The notes beneath the pieces were generated by a model. That model searched no databases. It was not told where the DNA came from and saw nothing but the letters and a program-made list of their open reading frames with translations. 64,000 bases of DNA from Laetmonice hystrix (Eukaryota): positions 27,218,001 through 27,282,000 of the forward strand of contig OZ249441.1 in the NCBI GenBank assembly GCA_965235115.1, written 5' to 3'. Shown here piece by piece: positions 39,401 through 50,459 of this stretch; the first letter of the stretch is position 1, and each line of letters opens with the position of its first letter. A program made the translations under genes and the position numbers.

Positions 39401-42277
39401 ACAGGTACAAGGTTTATCTAATGTTGTATTAATTTTTTTTTCATCGTACAAACTCTCCCTTTTTATTGCCCCACAAGCGCCTATACTTCTCTCTATATAA
39501 ACTAGACTATTCTCACGTTCATCCCGACATAGACTGCCTTTTTTCATAATTTGAAATAATCACTTTAGATTTCTAAACATCCTGACCGTTAAGTCAAGAT
39601 CCGTGTCACTGATCAATATGATTTGCTTTTTCTAGTATTATTGATTTAAGCCTGCTTCCTTACGCATGTTTCATGCGTAAGAAATCTATTACAGTATAGA
39701 ATATATAAGATATAACATTTACATGTTACTGTTTATCTGAATTGCAGGGCTTCTTCATTTTCTTCTTCCACTGTGCCCTAAACAAGAAGGTACACCCATC
39801 TGCATACTCTATTTGATTACCTTCAGCTAGCTGAATCAACAGTTATTATCAACACTTCCTACATCGTTTAGATGGGAATACCTCACAACACAATCCTCAT
39901 AGCCTGATAACATGATCAGGGTTATTGCGTTTCAATTAGAATAATGGCTTGAAATATCATCACTACCCACTTTGTTTCAGATGCGAGAGGCAGTGGCCGA
40001 GCGTTTTAGTTCGCGCTATAGTCAAAATTCAAGTCTTCGTAAGTCTGGTGGGTGGAAATCGAATAAATCACAAAAGGTACGCTTTCTGCTTAAATCTAAC
40101 AATGTACCTACTCATTCATCGCGGTGGAGGGGGGGGGGGCTTAAAAAATCAATAAATAAATAAATATATAAAAAAATCAATCAATTAAAATAAAATAAGT
40201 TTTAGTCATTTTTAAAAGTTAGTGACATACGGGTAGCGTGTCGCTAGACATAAAAGTATCATTATAAACTAAAATGTCAACAACTTTCCTCAATCAGTCA
40301 TCCTAAATGACAATAATGACACTTTTACTTAAATGTATGGAAGTAGGCATAGATTGCATAAAAAAAATCTATTCAGAGTTCCAATAAGGGAAAAAGACAA
40401 TACAGAGGTTCGTATTAGTCTATTCTACCGAACTCCAAAGCGCTTGTAGTTAACCATACTATACCGGGGTATAGGTTACAGGCGCCTTAGTGCTTATAGT
40501 ATATCGGTACCGGATTATATGTTTTCCACATTATTATGTCTAAATACCCCGTACCAGAGGGACCCGACTGAGCATATTAGATGTCTAACAACTGCTTCTC
40601 GTTTAACATCATCTATAACTCTAACAAACCAACCATGGAGGAGGAATTTTGTTTAAACCTAGAAGCAAAACAAAATCTTACAAATTCAACAAAATCAGTT
40701 GTCTTCCAAGGCAAAAAATAGTGTGAAAGACGTATTAATTAGCAACTTACGGTTCGGGTGATCCATACAGGGAAGTCCTCGTTCGACAAGTCGGCACCGT
40801 AGTCAGTTCGACTTAAGTGCCTATAGTCAACAGCGACGCGGAGAACTGACTATAATGTCCCAACTTGTCTAACTAGGAAATCCATCTCATATCTTCTTTA
40901 ATAGCAATCGTAGATTGTCTTAAGGCCGGCTGTGGTGTTACTTCTGGAATTCATTAGAGAAAATAGTTCTGCTTTAACGGGCTGGTATTGCAGGGTGACC
41001 AGAGCACAAGAAAAACTTGACTTTAACCAAGAAAAAAAAAAGGTGCGTTCAAATGATTGCGATCTGATTCAAGATGGCTACCTGGCCGCAATATTTGACT
41101 ATATCACTGATATAGGCCTATGATCAAAAGGAAAATCTATGAAGGGGCAGGGAAAACACAGGGAATTTGAAAATGAAATTTGTGTGGTCACCCTGTATTG
41201 TTTATTTTGCAAATGTTACTTCCGCTTTAATAGCACAAACATCAATATGAATATTTTCTACCTGTCATAGCCTACCTGTAATTATTACTTAATATGCCTT
41301 CGAAATAAATACTAAAAAACATTTGACAGATGCAGTATCGAAAATGTACAAATGAAAGGCCTGATAAATCCATGATACTAAAAAATTAAATTATTCTAAA
41401 ACATTGTGTTGTCTAAAATTAAGTCTAAATCAACGCTGAAAGAAGGTGCATTAAGAAGAGTGCTTTATGGAGGGAGAGTGTTTGTCAGTAACAATCAACA
41501 TCCATCCATTAACGCTTCTTATTGGCTGGTCTGCTTCGGCCACCTTAAGCTAAAACAAGATCTTGAATCTTTTAAACGCGGGCTCTGGTGATACGAGGAC
41601 ATATATTCTGCTAGGACTACAATTATTGTGCTCAGTAATAGTTATAAACAATTCTAATGATGACTTGTAATGATGACAGAATGAAGAGGGTTTCCTATCA
41701 GACATCTGATCCATTGTTTGCATTCTTTCAGAAGAAAGGAGACGACAAACCATTCAACAAAAAATCGACCCAGAAAAAGAAAATGGGAAAGCGAACTCAA
41801 AAAGAAATGGAAAGCTTAAACCATCAATCGCATTACCCTCGCATTACTATGGAGCAGCAGACCCCGTTCAACCCAATGGAAACGCCGAATACCTACGATC
41901 AGACGAACTTTACCGATCCAATGCACAATTTCAACTACTCGATGAGCCCTACAGCGACAAAGAAACCGTGCCACTACCAACAAAACAGTCCAAAAGTGAC
42001 CGGAAAAGATCCCAACAGAAAAAAATCAAACCAATTAAATCATCAAAGACGGTCTGAGACATCCGAAGGTAGTAGATCCAGTTTATATAATTATAAATAT
42101 AACACGAAGGAGAAAGGCAATGCATACATTGTATTCGAGCCGGAATACATGGAAATCGGCCCCACGACGCCCCCTGTCGATGAAGAGGGGATTTACATGT
42201 CAATAGACAACATTACTCATCCGAGTTCCCAATATACCCTGCGACCGGAGGACGACTGTCAATCAGGGCTGGCATGA
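29098..42277 (+). CDS. Adhesion GPCR: signal peptide, 4 chitin-binding type-2 (CBM14-like) domains, Thr/Ser mucin stalk, HRM, GAIN/GPS, 7TM, cytoplasmic tail (~1696 aa)
   Basis: 22 GT-AG exons: 29098-29146, 29630-32185, 33775-33876, 34288-34394, 34762-34965, 35325-35399, 35652-35760, 35896-36036, 36228-36300, 36609-36711, 36835-36905, 37130-37241, 37517-37620, 37851-37953, 38117-38273, 38551-38620, 38852-38918, 39082-39158, 39278-39404, 39748-39789, 39981-40076, 41732-42277 (5091 nt, in frame). GPS: CSFW...WSDMGC...CACNHL|TNFAVLL. Family-B TM motifs: LINLCVAL, HFFYLAAF..AEG, CWL, PLLGLTWVFG, NSLQGFFIFFFHC. The last exon link is the least certain. Confidence 0.92.
30404..30468 (+). repeat. (ACA)n coding microsatellite giving a poly-Thr run in the mucin stalk
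   Basis: ACAACAACAACATCAACAACA... inside the large exon 2. Confidence 0.85.
33927..34070. mobile_element. Palindromic MITE with paired CCAAT-like cores
   Basis: TIRs TCAGGACCCAGTTCGTAAAAACTTAAGATCTTGCTTAAGC / GCTTAAGCAAGATCTTAAATTTTTACGAACTGGGCCCTGA; internal CTGATTGGCTG...CAGCAAATCAG. Confidence 0.85.
34543..34699. mobile_element. hAT-like non-autonomous element
   Basis: Ends CAGGGCCGTCTT / AAGACGGCCTG, similar 8-bp flanks CCCCCTTG / TCCCCTTA, and an internal direct repeat AAGCCTCAGTGA. Confidence 0.6.
37260..37403. mobile_element. Second full copy of the CCAAT-core MITE family
   Basis: CAGGCCCAGTTTTGTAAAAC...CTGATTGGCTGG...CCAACCAATCAG...GTTTTGAAAAACTTGGACC. Confidence 0.75.
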
Positions 42278-43060
42278 CGTCAGTTGTAGCAGCCGAGGGA
42301 CCTTCCGGTTTGACTATCATAGGTTACACCACTCAACCGTGATATAACCTACGCTTTCTTCAGAGGGGTCCGAGGGGCCCATGAATGTGTGAGGAATGAT
42401 ACGTCCAAAGCAACGTGTACAGTGCCCACTAGTATAGGCCTAATGGATAGACCGAGTATTCCTCGTTGGGGGGTGCAATTCACGTCTCCTGTGATTGCAC
42501 AGGCGGAACCGCGGATTTGGAGATTGTTTTTGTCAGCCTCCATTCCTAGAAATGGGTCTGGGTAGGCCCTATAAGCATAGGACTGAAAGTGGTCGCGCCA
42601 AGCCAAGCCCAAAAGGTCGTTGGCTGGTTGTAGGGCCAGGATTATCAATGCCTTGGTGGATTCAAAGTTATAGGCCTACAGCCCTACGCCCACATCCAGT
42701 GCCGTCGGCGTAAGGGGTTAGAAGCAGGGGCATCTCTAAAGCCCTATCGGCATGGGTCACAACGCGCTGTTCCCGGAAGCCCATGCATGCATAGCGTGCC
42801 TATAAAACAATGACTGATCGATGCTGGGCGCCGGGAAGAGTGTCTTTTTTTATAGGCTGTGTAAATATAGGCCTAATTCTCCCTCCGACTGGATGCTACA
42901 ACAATCAGTAGCATCGACTTGTTTATAATTACATGTATACTATGGGAGGGCGTGAATAATGCTGCATCCAGGAGAAATTGTATTAAAAATGTTCTGTGCA
43001 TGGTTCCTCAGTGTCGAGACCTGTCCAGACCCAAGATTATTGTGCATGGCATATCTATAT

Positions 43061-43349
43061 CACTGGGGGATCCAGGGGGCACAAGGGGCCCGCCCCCCGC
43101 TTAAATGTTCCTTCCCCTTTTTTAAGAAGATGCATTATTCGGACCCTGAAACCAGGATTCCAATATAATTCTTTTTAAAAAAGCCTCCTATATTGTCCGT
43201 GATCGCAACATCGGGTCGAAAAAGTCCTCCTTAGTCATCCATAACTCCGGGCCATGCAGCATTGAAATAGACTAAAAGGGGCCCAAAATCGCCCAATAAC
43301 AATTTTTTTTTAGGTGGACCCCCTTATCAATGTCCTGGATCCCCCACTG
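43061..43349. mobile_element. Non-autonomous TIR element (CAGTGGNGGATCCAG type)
   Basis: Ends CACTGGGGGATCCAG / CTGGATCCCCCACTG, with TATAT on both flanks. Confidence 0.7.
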
Positions 43350-43859
43350 TATATGGTTTCTTATGAATGCAAGGCGGACTGGTCCTAAGGACTAAAGTGC
43401 AATATATATAGGCATGTTCGGGGCAATACAAACTGATTGTGTCACTCGTGACACAGGGGACAGTCCCTGAAACCATATAATGAAGGGCCAACTGTGTATA
43501 AACTGTGGACGGCTAGTCTCAGTGGAGAAGGCGTACTTAAATTACATTGCATGTACCCTGTACTATGTTCCGACGCCTAGTAGCAGTAATAGTAGAAGAA
43601 TAAAGTAAAAATAGGAAGACCATTGTGCCGCAGCGCCAACCACTACGTCGCCTTTTGCCGTGTGTCGATTGTCGGCGTGCATTCTCTATACTTAGTGCGT
43701 CTCGTCTCAAATAAAATCATTGCAAAGACCGTCATTTCCTGCTCTTTTGTTTTAAATTGTGCAATGACTGATGAAGGTAGGTATACGTGAAGTCACAAGA
43801 GTACTGCGGCAACTCACCTGTTGAAAAAGTCGCCCCGGCCATATATGACATACTTCACG

Positions 43860-44180
43860 ATGCACGGGCATCAGGCCTAAAGGCCGGTTGATAGTCCGTC
43901 GGCCGACCATCGCTCGACGTCAGGTCAAAGTTCACGTAGACTTAACTCTCAGTGATCGGTCGGCCGACGGCCGGATCGCTGCAACTATAAACGTTCAGCG
44001 ATGGTCGGCCGATGGTTGGCCGACGGACTATAAACTGGGCTTAACTTATACACTTTCAGAATGTCCGGAAAGAGAAAATTGTAGGAATCGAACCCTGGCC
44101 CCAAGATTACTGCACCCATTCGAATTATAGATCTAAGCTTCTAAAGTATCAACGACCATGTCCACTGCTACTTCCATAAA
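43860..44180 (-). mobile_element. Decayed solo copy of the tRNA-derived array unit (SINE-like), interrupted by a MITE
   Basis: The reverse complement reads GGAAGTAGCAGTGG..CATGGTCGTTGATAC..CGAATGGGTGCAGTAATCTTGGGGCCAGGGTTCGATTCCTACA..TTTTCTCTTTCCGGACATT..[MITE]..GCCTGATGCCCGTGCAT, collinear with the array unit. Confidence 0.85.
43881..44041. mobile_element. PIF/Harbinger-type (Tourist-like) MITE with TAA target-site duplication
   Basis: TAA at 43878-43880 and 44042-44044. TIRs AGGCCGGTTGATAGTCCGTCGGCCGACCATCG / CGATGGTTGGCCGACGGACTATAAACTGGGCT. Confidence 0.85.
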
Positions 44181-47115
44181 GGGGGTTAAGGTTTGTGTGT
44201 GCGTTGGGGTGGGTGGGGGGTTCCTTTTACTTCAGAAGTTTGTTTTAACACAAAATTTTTCTCATCACACGTGTAGCAAAATAAAAATACATATTATAAA
44301 GGGACCAATTTTGATGGAGGTACAGGCATACGTGAGGCATACGTATACTGGCATATTGGTTTGGCGAATAAAAAAAGGAAAAGGGTTGCGGCGCAAGAAA
44401 GACCATAACAATGTTCTATTTAACAAATGGTCCGTCCCTTTATGAAAGACAGCAACGTACCTTCATGCATTTATTAGGCCTATAGATCTCAAGGACAAAG
44501 TAATTAATGCACCAAATGATTTATCTAATGTCGACCTCTACATGGCATGACCTTTTGCTCGGTCATTTCCGAGGCAATATCCCGTGTAAATACATCAACA
44601 CTGCTCACAAGTCAACGGATATTTTTGACGCGTCTTCACCTGTCTTCAAGTCTGTACGATTGTACTCTCCAAAATTGATCGACATTATCAAGAAACTGCA
44701 GAAAGTGCGAGCTAGGAGGAAAGTTAGTCCTGCACCTGGAGATGCCCAGGCTGAAACGGTGCCACCAGCGCTCATCCCCGACACGCTATACCGAACGATC
44801 CGAAAGTTGGCGAAACCTTCGACCAAGAAGCGTTCCTGGTTTTTGATCGAGCAGGTTAAACTGCCAGCGTTCCAGTTAGCCGCAAACTTAACACATTGAA
44901 GCTCCAGCCGTCAAGCCATCATCGAGTGAGGAGAAACCAAAACGTTTTCGCTTCCCAAATCATTGCGACCTGGGCAGCTGGCCTGTGCTGCTTTGTCGAC
45001 GTTGAGCAGCCCCCAGCAGCATCGACCAAGTCGACAGGAAGCACGGCGTCGAACCGAGAAGTCATTGACCCTACCGCCACGTCCAGCTTTTCTCGAATAC
45101 CTCAGGCGTCATCGAGCAGACAATAGGGCCTACTTTGTTCAGTCTTGGCGGCTTCGCATACATGATATCTTACCAACGGCAGCATTCAGCGCATTCACTC
45201 CGGCTGGAAACACCAGAATTTAAGGCCGACAAACGTTGACCTGCTGAAGCTGAATCTTGCGAAGGAAAGAAGAAATAGCTCGAGGTCGAGCTTAAACGGC
45301 CTGAACCCACTGTCGCGGTTTAGCCACCGCGTGGATTTCCGTTCGGTGATCCAAAAGATCAACAGAAACTATAGATGTATAGTCTTGTTATAGTAACCTG
45401 GATTACGTGCATTTCCAGCACGCCAAACGGGAAAACGCGCGGAAAAAACGCGGCAGTAGGTCCACGCCTAAAGTTAGAAGAACGACGTCCCGAACGAGTG
45501 CTGAAAAGAGGAACGCCGGCCGGGACGCGAGACAGTGCCGCCAGCAAGAACGTGGAAACCAGGTAGGCCTACTATACTATAAAAAAAAACATAGGCACGG
45601 GCAAGAAATGTTACCATAATGAAGGCCGACTTAATAATTAAGTCAGAGAATGGTTTTTACCACCGTTACCAGGTATTTTACGGCAGGCAGCTGACAGTTC
45701 CCTTGCCCAAAAGTACTAGCATCTACACAATGTAAGTTCAAAAATGGACCTATAGGCCCATCTAATTGAAGAGGGGGGTTATGTTGATAGGCCTATCTAT
45801 TTAGCATTAATGGTTTCATATTTCGGTCAGGAGAGCTAAGATCGCGACCGAGAAGAAACTCCGTGAAGCCGAGCGAAATGAAGCGGCAGATTGAGAACAA
45901 ACTGTGAAGACCACCTGCCCCCCCCCCCCCTGCAAGACGTGATTTGGGGTCGAGCCTTCCCCATGGTCTATGGCGAATGACCTGTTACCTTCTTTGAGTG
46001 GGCACTGAGCCTCACGATCCATCGGTACTGGATTAGGTTTCATTTACTGACAAATTGTAAGTTAGGCCTACTCCATGTAGCCTAGGCCTACATGCATGGA
46101 CAAATCGACCGTCTCCCATGAACGGCATGGGCCACACGGTCGAGATGCGGCAGCGCCTGCTGGCGGAAACTTTGATAACTATGGCATGGGCATGGCCCAG
46201 TTCGCCAAAACACATGTTAATATCGGATTAGTTGTCGATTCTCTTACAATCTTACAAGGTACTAAAATATTATGATCATTTCAGACTTTGATACATTATC
46301 CCTGCTTGATATATGATAGTTTGAAGTGCCGATGGGGAGCGCAAGACGGTAAGCCGACTGGCCACTGGCACTGAATTGGGTGCTGCCATCTATCGTTTTA
46401 ACTCTAAACTAATATGGAGTTCCAAGTCAAAAGGATAGATGGCAGCACCCTTTTCCGTGCAATCTAGCGGGAACTAATGGAACTAATTACGATTCACCGG
46501 CAGCGATGAAACTTCACTTCGGTTCGGCACTTCAAACGTTCATAGCGATGAACGAAATAATGCTTATCGCGTGTCAAGAGGGAGTTAAGAAGTCAAATTG
46601 AAATGATGATTGGATTTCCTGCAGATTCTAAGTGAATTGTCAAAGGAATCGTCTCGAAGATGTAAAATCAGCTTTCAAGGCTTCATAAAAGTGCCGCCAG
46701 CAGGCGCTGGTGTATATTGACCGTTCCGAGGATGGGTGGCACGTTGGTGTTCCATGACTAGTAACGACCCGGTTAGGGAATCCACAGCGTCAACCAGATT
46801 AGGTACATACGGTAATGAGCACGGCATAACTTTGTTATCGCCTTGATCAAATTAAATCTGTGTCTTAATAGCAGAAAGAAAACGCATCAAGGCCTAACTT
46901 TTTTATGTCCCCTAGGGGTGACTGTGGGGTATCTGCCCCCACTGGTGACCAAAAGGTAGGCCCACGACCTTGCCCCCCCCATCTAGGCCCATTCCATATC
47001 TAAAATAGCCCGGTAGTCCAACTGTTGATCTGGTTCCACCCCCGCTTGTTCCACAGAGGATGCCAATAGATACGATAACAAAATCCCACGAAATAGGCCT
47101 GCTGTATTAAAGATC

Positions 47116-47280
47116 GGCCCCGGTTTTTAGTTTGCAAACCGAGTCTTAAGATTCAAATCTTAAGACTGAACTCTTGTTTCAGAGCTTCTGATTGGTCCCT
47201 CAAATGAAGTCAGCCAATAAGGGACCATAACACAAGTCAGTCTTAAAACTGCAGTCTTAAGATTGGTAAAACCCGGAACC
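47116..47280. mobile_element. Related palindromic MITE (CTTAAGA repeats, paired ATTGG/CCAAT)
   Basis: GGCCCCGGTTTT...AATCTTAAGACTG...CTGATTGG...CAGCCAAT...CAGTCTTAAGATT...AAAACCCGGAACC. Confidence 0.7.
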
Positions 47281-49973
47281 CCCCTGGCTACACCCTGAGT
47301 AGGCTATACCAATGGCAATGTAGATCTGTCAGGATCACACAGTCGCCACTGTTCTGTATCAGCGGCACAAGTCTACAGCTATCTTGGACATTTTCAATTT
47401 CGACTGTATCGTCGCGTCGTACCAAGTTAGTTTCAAACTGAAAATGACATAGAAAATTAAAACAAAATCGTAACAAATTTTATCGTTCTAATTGCGACCG
47501 AGTAGGCTACTGTTATCATTATTCTAGTAAATTTGTCAATATCGGCAATTCAATTAGCGATATGGCTAATTGAATTATCCACTGAAACCTGGGTTGTCAC
47601 ACCGTCTGAGAGTTCTCCCTGCCCGAAGTGTTGCCTGTTCCAGCTGTTCCTATCTCCACAGTTGCCCCCAGTCAACCATCCTCCCACGGTCGGGCTTGAA
47701 TCCCTTCCAGTGCGCGATATCGCCCCTCGACACCTCTTGATGCCAGTCAACGTCAACGGGATAAGCTCAAGCCGTCTTATTACCTTAAATCCAAAAAATC
47801 TCTTCAGGCCAAAAACCAGTTTATATTCTCATCAATATAGGGCATTCAGAGGCGGATCAAGATCCCCTTAGAGGGAGATTTAGATTGGTCTGGAGCCATG
47901 GAATTCTTTCAAGTAAAAAATCGACTGCACTTGGTGTATAGATCTATTTTCTATTTTAAAATTGTTAACGTATTTGAATTTGGCAATTTATTTTGTACTG
48001 GGTATATTGCTTTTTGCCCTGGAGTTACATTATGGCATTAAAGAAAATGTCCATGTATCGTTTCGGGTTGTATCTCGGCGTTTCCCATCTGACCGCGGAC
48101 ACAATAAAAGGTGGAAAAGGGGCACGCTTACCGACAGGCGGCACCACCACTGTCTAATTACAGCATTCACTAATGGGAATTACCTCACCAAACTATTCGA
48201 AACATCGCTTGTAGCTTTCAGAAAGAAATCTGCTTAAAGCCTATTTGTTTGTTTCGCTGGCCTTCAATGGGCCAACAACCATACCGCAGTACTAACGCCA
48301 TCTGTTGGTGGACGTCCCATTTACCGAAGTGGCTCAATCCAAACTTGACCGTCACATCATTCTATGGCCAACATTTAATTGAAATTGAACCATAATGTCC
48401 TAAGGTAAGGGACCATTGGACACAAGATGGCACGCCACCAGAAATTGGCCATTCTTTCTCCATCAATGGAATAAAGGCGGTTTATCTGCCTGAATGACCA
48501 AGGAACATGAAGGAAAATATCTACACATATCAGTGACACTGGCCCTTGTCCATATTCAGGACACTGAAATAATACAACCTTCATTCAAACCGTCAACGTG
48601 CTCAAAGGGGAAAAGACAAAGATTCAAAATGAAAATTCAGAGACAACCTTTTCCGGGGATCAATGATTGTCTTTATTGTCGACTACCAAGTTTTTATAGA
48701 TTCCGTATCTAAATAAAGCATGGATAGTACATATGCATGGAGAAAATAACAGTTGCAAAATCACTGCGAGGCCTCAATTTGTCACACAGTTTGAGCTATG
48801 ATCCAAAGAGTATCGTACAACGATACCAGCCGCGGTTCACCTGAAAAACAACTGTCCACAGGGGAGACCTATTGGATGTCAATCAATAAGCCGGACGAGG
48901 GTTCAGAGTTTCGATCCTCTCAAATACTCATCTTTTCCACCCAAGCTCCTCATTAATTGCCTACGATTAATTTTACTTCAAAACCAAAGAGTCACAAAGA
49001 ACACTACTGACTACATGTGGGGAGTGCAGGATCTGAAGTGCTCAACTGCCCTTGGATTACCACCACCTGGTAGTCCGTGGTGCAATATTAGGAGAGATTT
49101 CAGACTTTGCCTGAAGATGACAACGCTTGCTTCAAAGCCAACAAATCTTTGAAGAGGAAATCTTTCTTCTTCGTAGCACTACGAAATCATGAAAACCAAT
49201 CTAGTGACATCAATATTCTGACCGGGAGTTACATGGCCACGAGTTTCTGCCTTCTACTGGTAGAAGCAACTGCTAGAAAATGACTACGGAATGTTTCTAC
49301 TGCCATCAATACTAAACAGAGGGTATTTCCAGCGACCAACGCCCACAGGCAGCCGATAGCAAAGCCCAAGACAACAACCAATCTTTGAATGTTCAAGAAT
49401 TCCAAACGACCAGAACTGTTTACGTGTAGAAACATCTGCCATGTGGATACACAGTGATACGTCTCTATCGTGTACTCACCGAACACAACATACACTAATG
49501 TTGTTAAAGGATCACGTTATTTACTACTTTCCTACTTGAAACACTCTAGAACACACCAATTTTTGGGTTGGTAATACCATTGCCCTATTTCTACAGCCTT
49601 AATCCTCTATTTAAGCAAGAATCCGCAGATTGAAGATACCAACTAAGCAACAAATCTATACCAGACGGGAGACTGACCAAGTTAGAGAGATTCATAGACC
49701 AACTCTTGAAACCAATTAAAATAAGAAACCACTCTACTCACAATCAATTCGCTGGATACAACCACAACCCACAACCTCATGGGTATATTGTGTACAATGG
49801 ATAATAACTACCCAAATCTCTCCACTGAAAGCCAGGAAACCAACTCGGTACCACTTAGATGCATTAGACATAAACCAACTAATAAGACAATAATCCTAAG
49901 AATGACGCCTCTTAAATTCTACTTCCCTGGTACCAAAGTACCGGTACCTATGACAGGGCGTTCTACATTCTAT

Positions 49974-50459
49974 TCACTTCTTTGCCTTGTCGAAGTTGGG
50001 CGGTTTTGGCGGAGCTTTGCCCACCTGCTTGCCTCGCCAGTTGCCCTGCCAATCTGCCTGTTTACTTTGCCTATTTCGGGGCGGTTGGCGGATAAAGTTA
50101 CGGGCGTGCCGTGACGCCAGCAGTGGAGACGCCCTGTAGCCTACAGGAAACCCAGGCCTGGCCTGGCGCTGTTGTAACGGGACACCTACAGCTCCTCCAA
50201 CCTCGCAGCTCGCCTGAAGCTCCTGAACCAGGTTCTGAATGGCCTCCATCCCTGACCCCTGATTCTGCATCAGTGTTTGCTGCACAGCCGCCTGGTCGAG
50301 ATGTAGTAGGTTCTGAAGGACAGATGGGTCCATGCTGCGGAGGGTGCCCATGGCCGAGCTGATGACATTCAGGTCAGTAATTGAGGTGAGGTTCTGAACC
50401 TGCAGCGCCAAGAGTCTGTCATCAGGAGACATTCCGGCCAGGGCATTGAAGTTCGTCAC
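49974..50459 (-). CDS. Probable terminal coding exon (Gln/Asn/Leu-rich helical segment plus basic tail), most likely part of the zinc-finger gene
   Basis: Strong acceptor GTTGGTTTTCAG, then 161 open codons (VTNFNALAGMSPDDRLLALQVQNL...KPPNFDKAKK*). The upstream donor is not resolved. Confidence 0.55.
   Translation of the reverse strand: MTNFNALAGMSPDDRLLALQVQNLTSITDLNVISSAMGTLRSMDPSVLQNLLHLDQAAVQQTLMQNQGSGMEAIQNLVQELQASCEVGGAVGVPLQQRQARPGFPVGYRASPLLASRHARNFIRQPPRNRQSKQADWQGNWRGKQVGKAPPKPPNFDKAKK

Noticed and set aside
40860-42277. PDZ-binding motif at the aGPCR C-terminus
   Set aside because: Neither ...SGLA nor ...SQLV has Ser/Thr at position -2.
44507-45570. Coding-looking ORFs (130, 76 and 86 aa) as a gene or retroelement gag with a PBS
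   Set aside because: They are fragmented across frames, with no recognisable motif, no paired LTRs and no convincing PBS. TBLASTX against Repbase/Dfam would decide.
48296-48308. CTCF site CGCCATCTGTTGG
   Set aside because: A single imperfect motif match is expected by chance in 64 kb.
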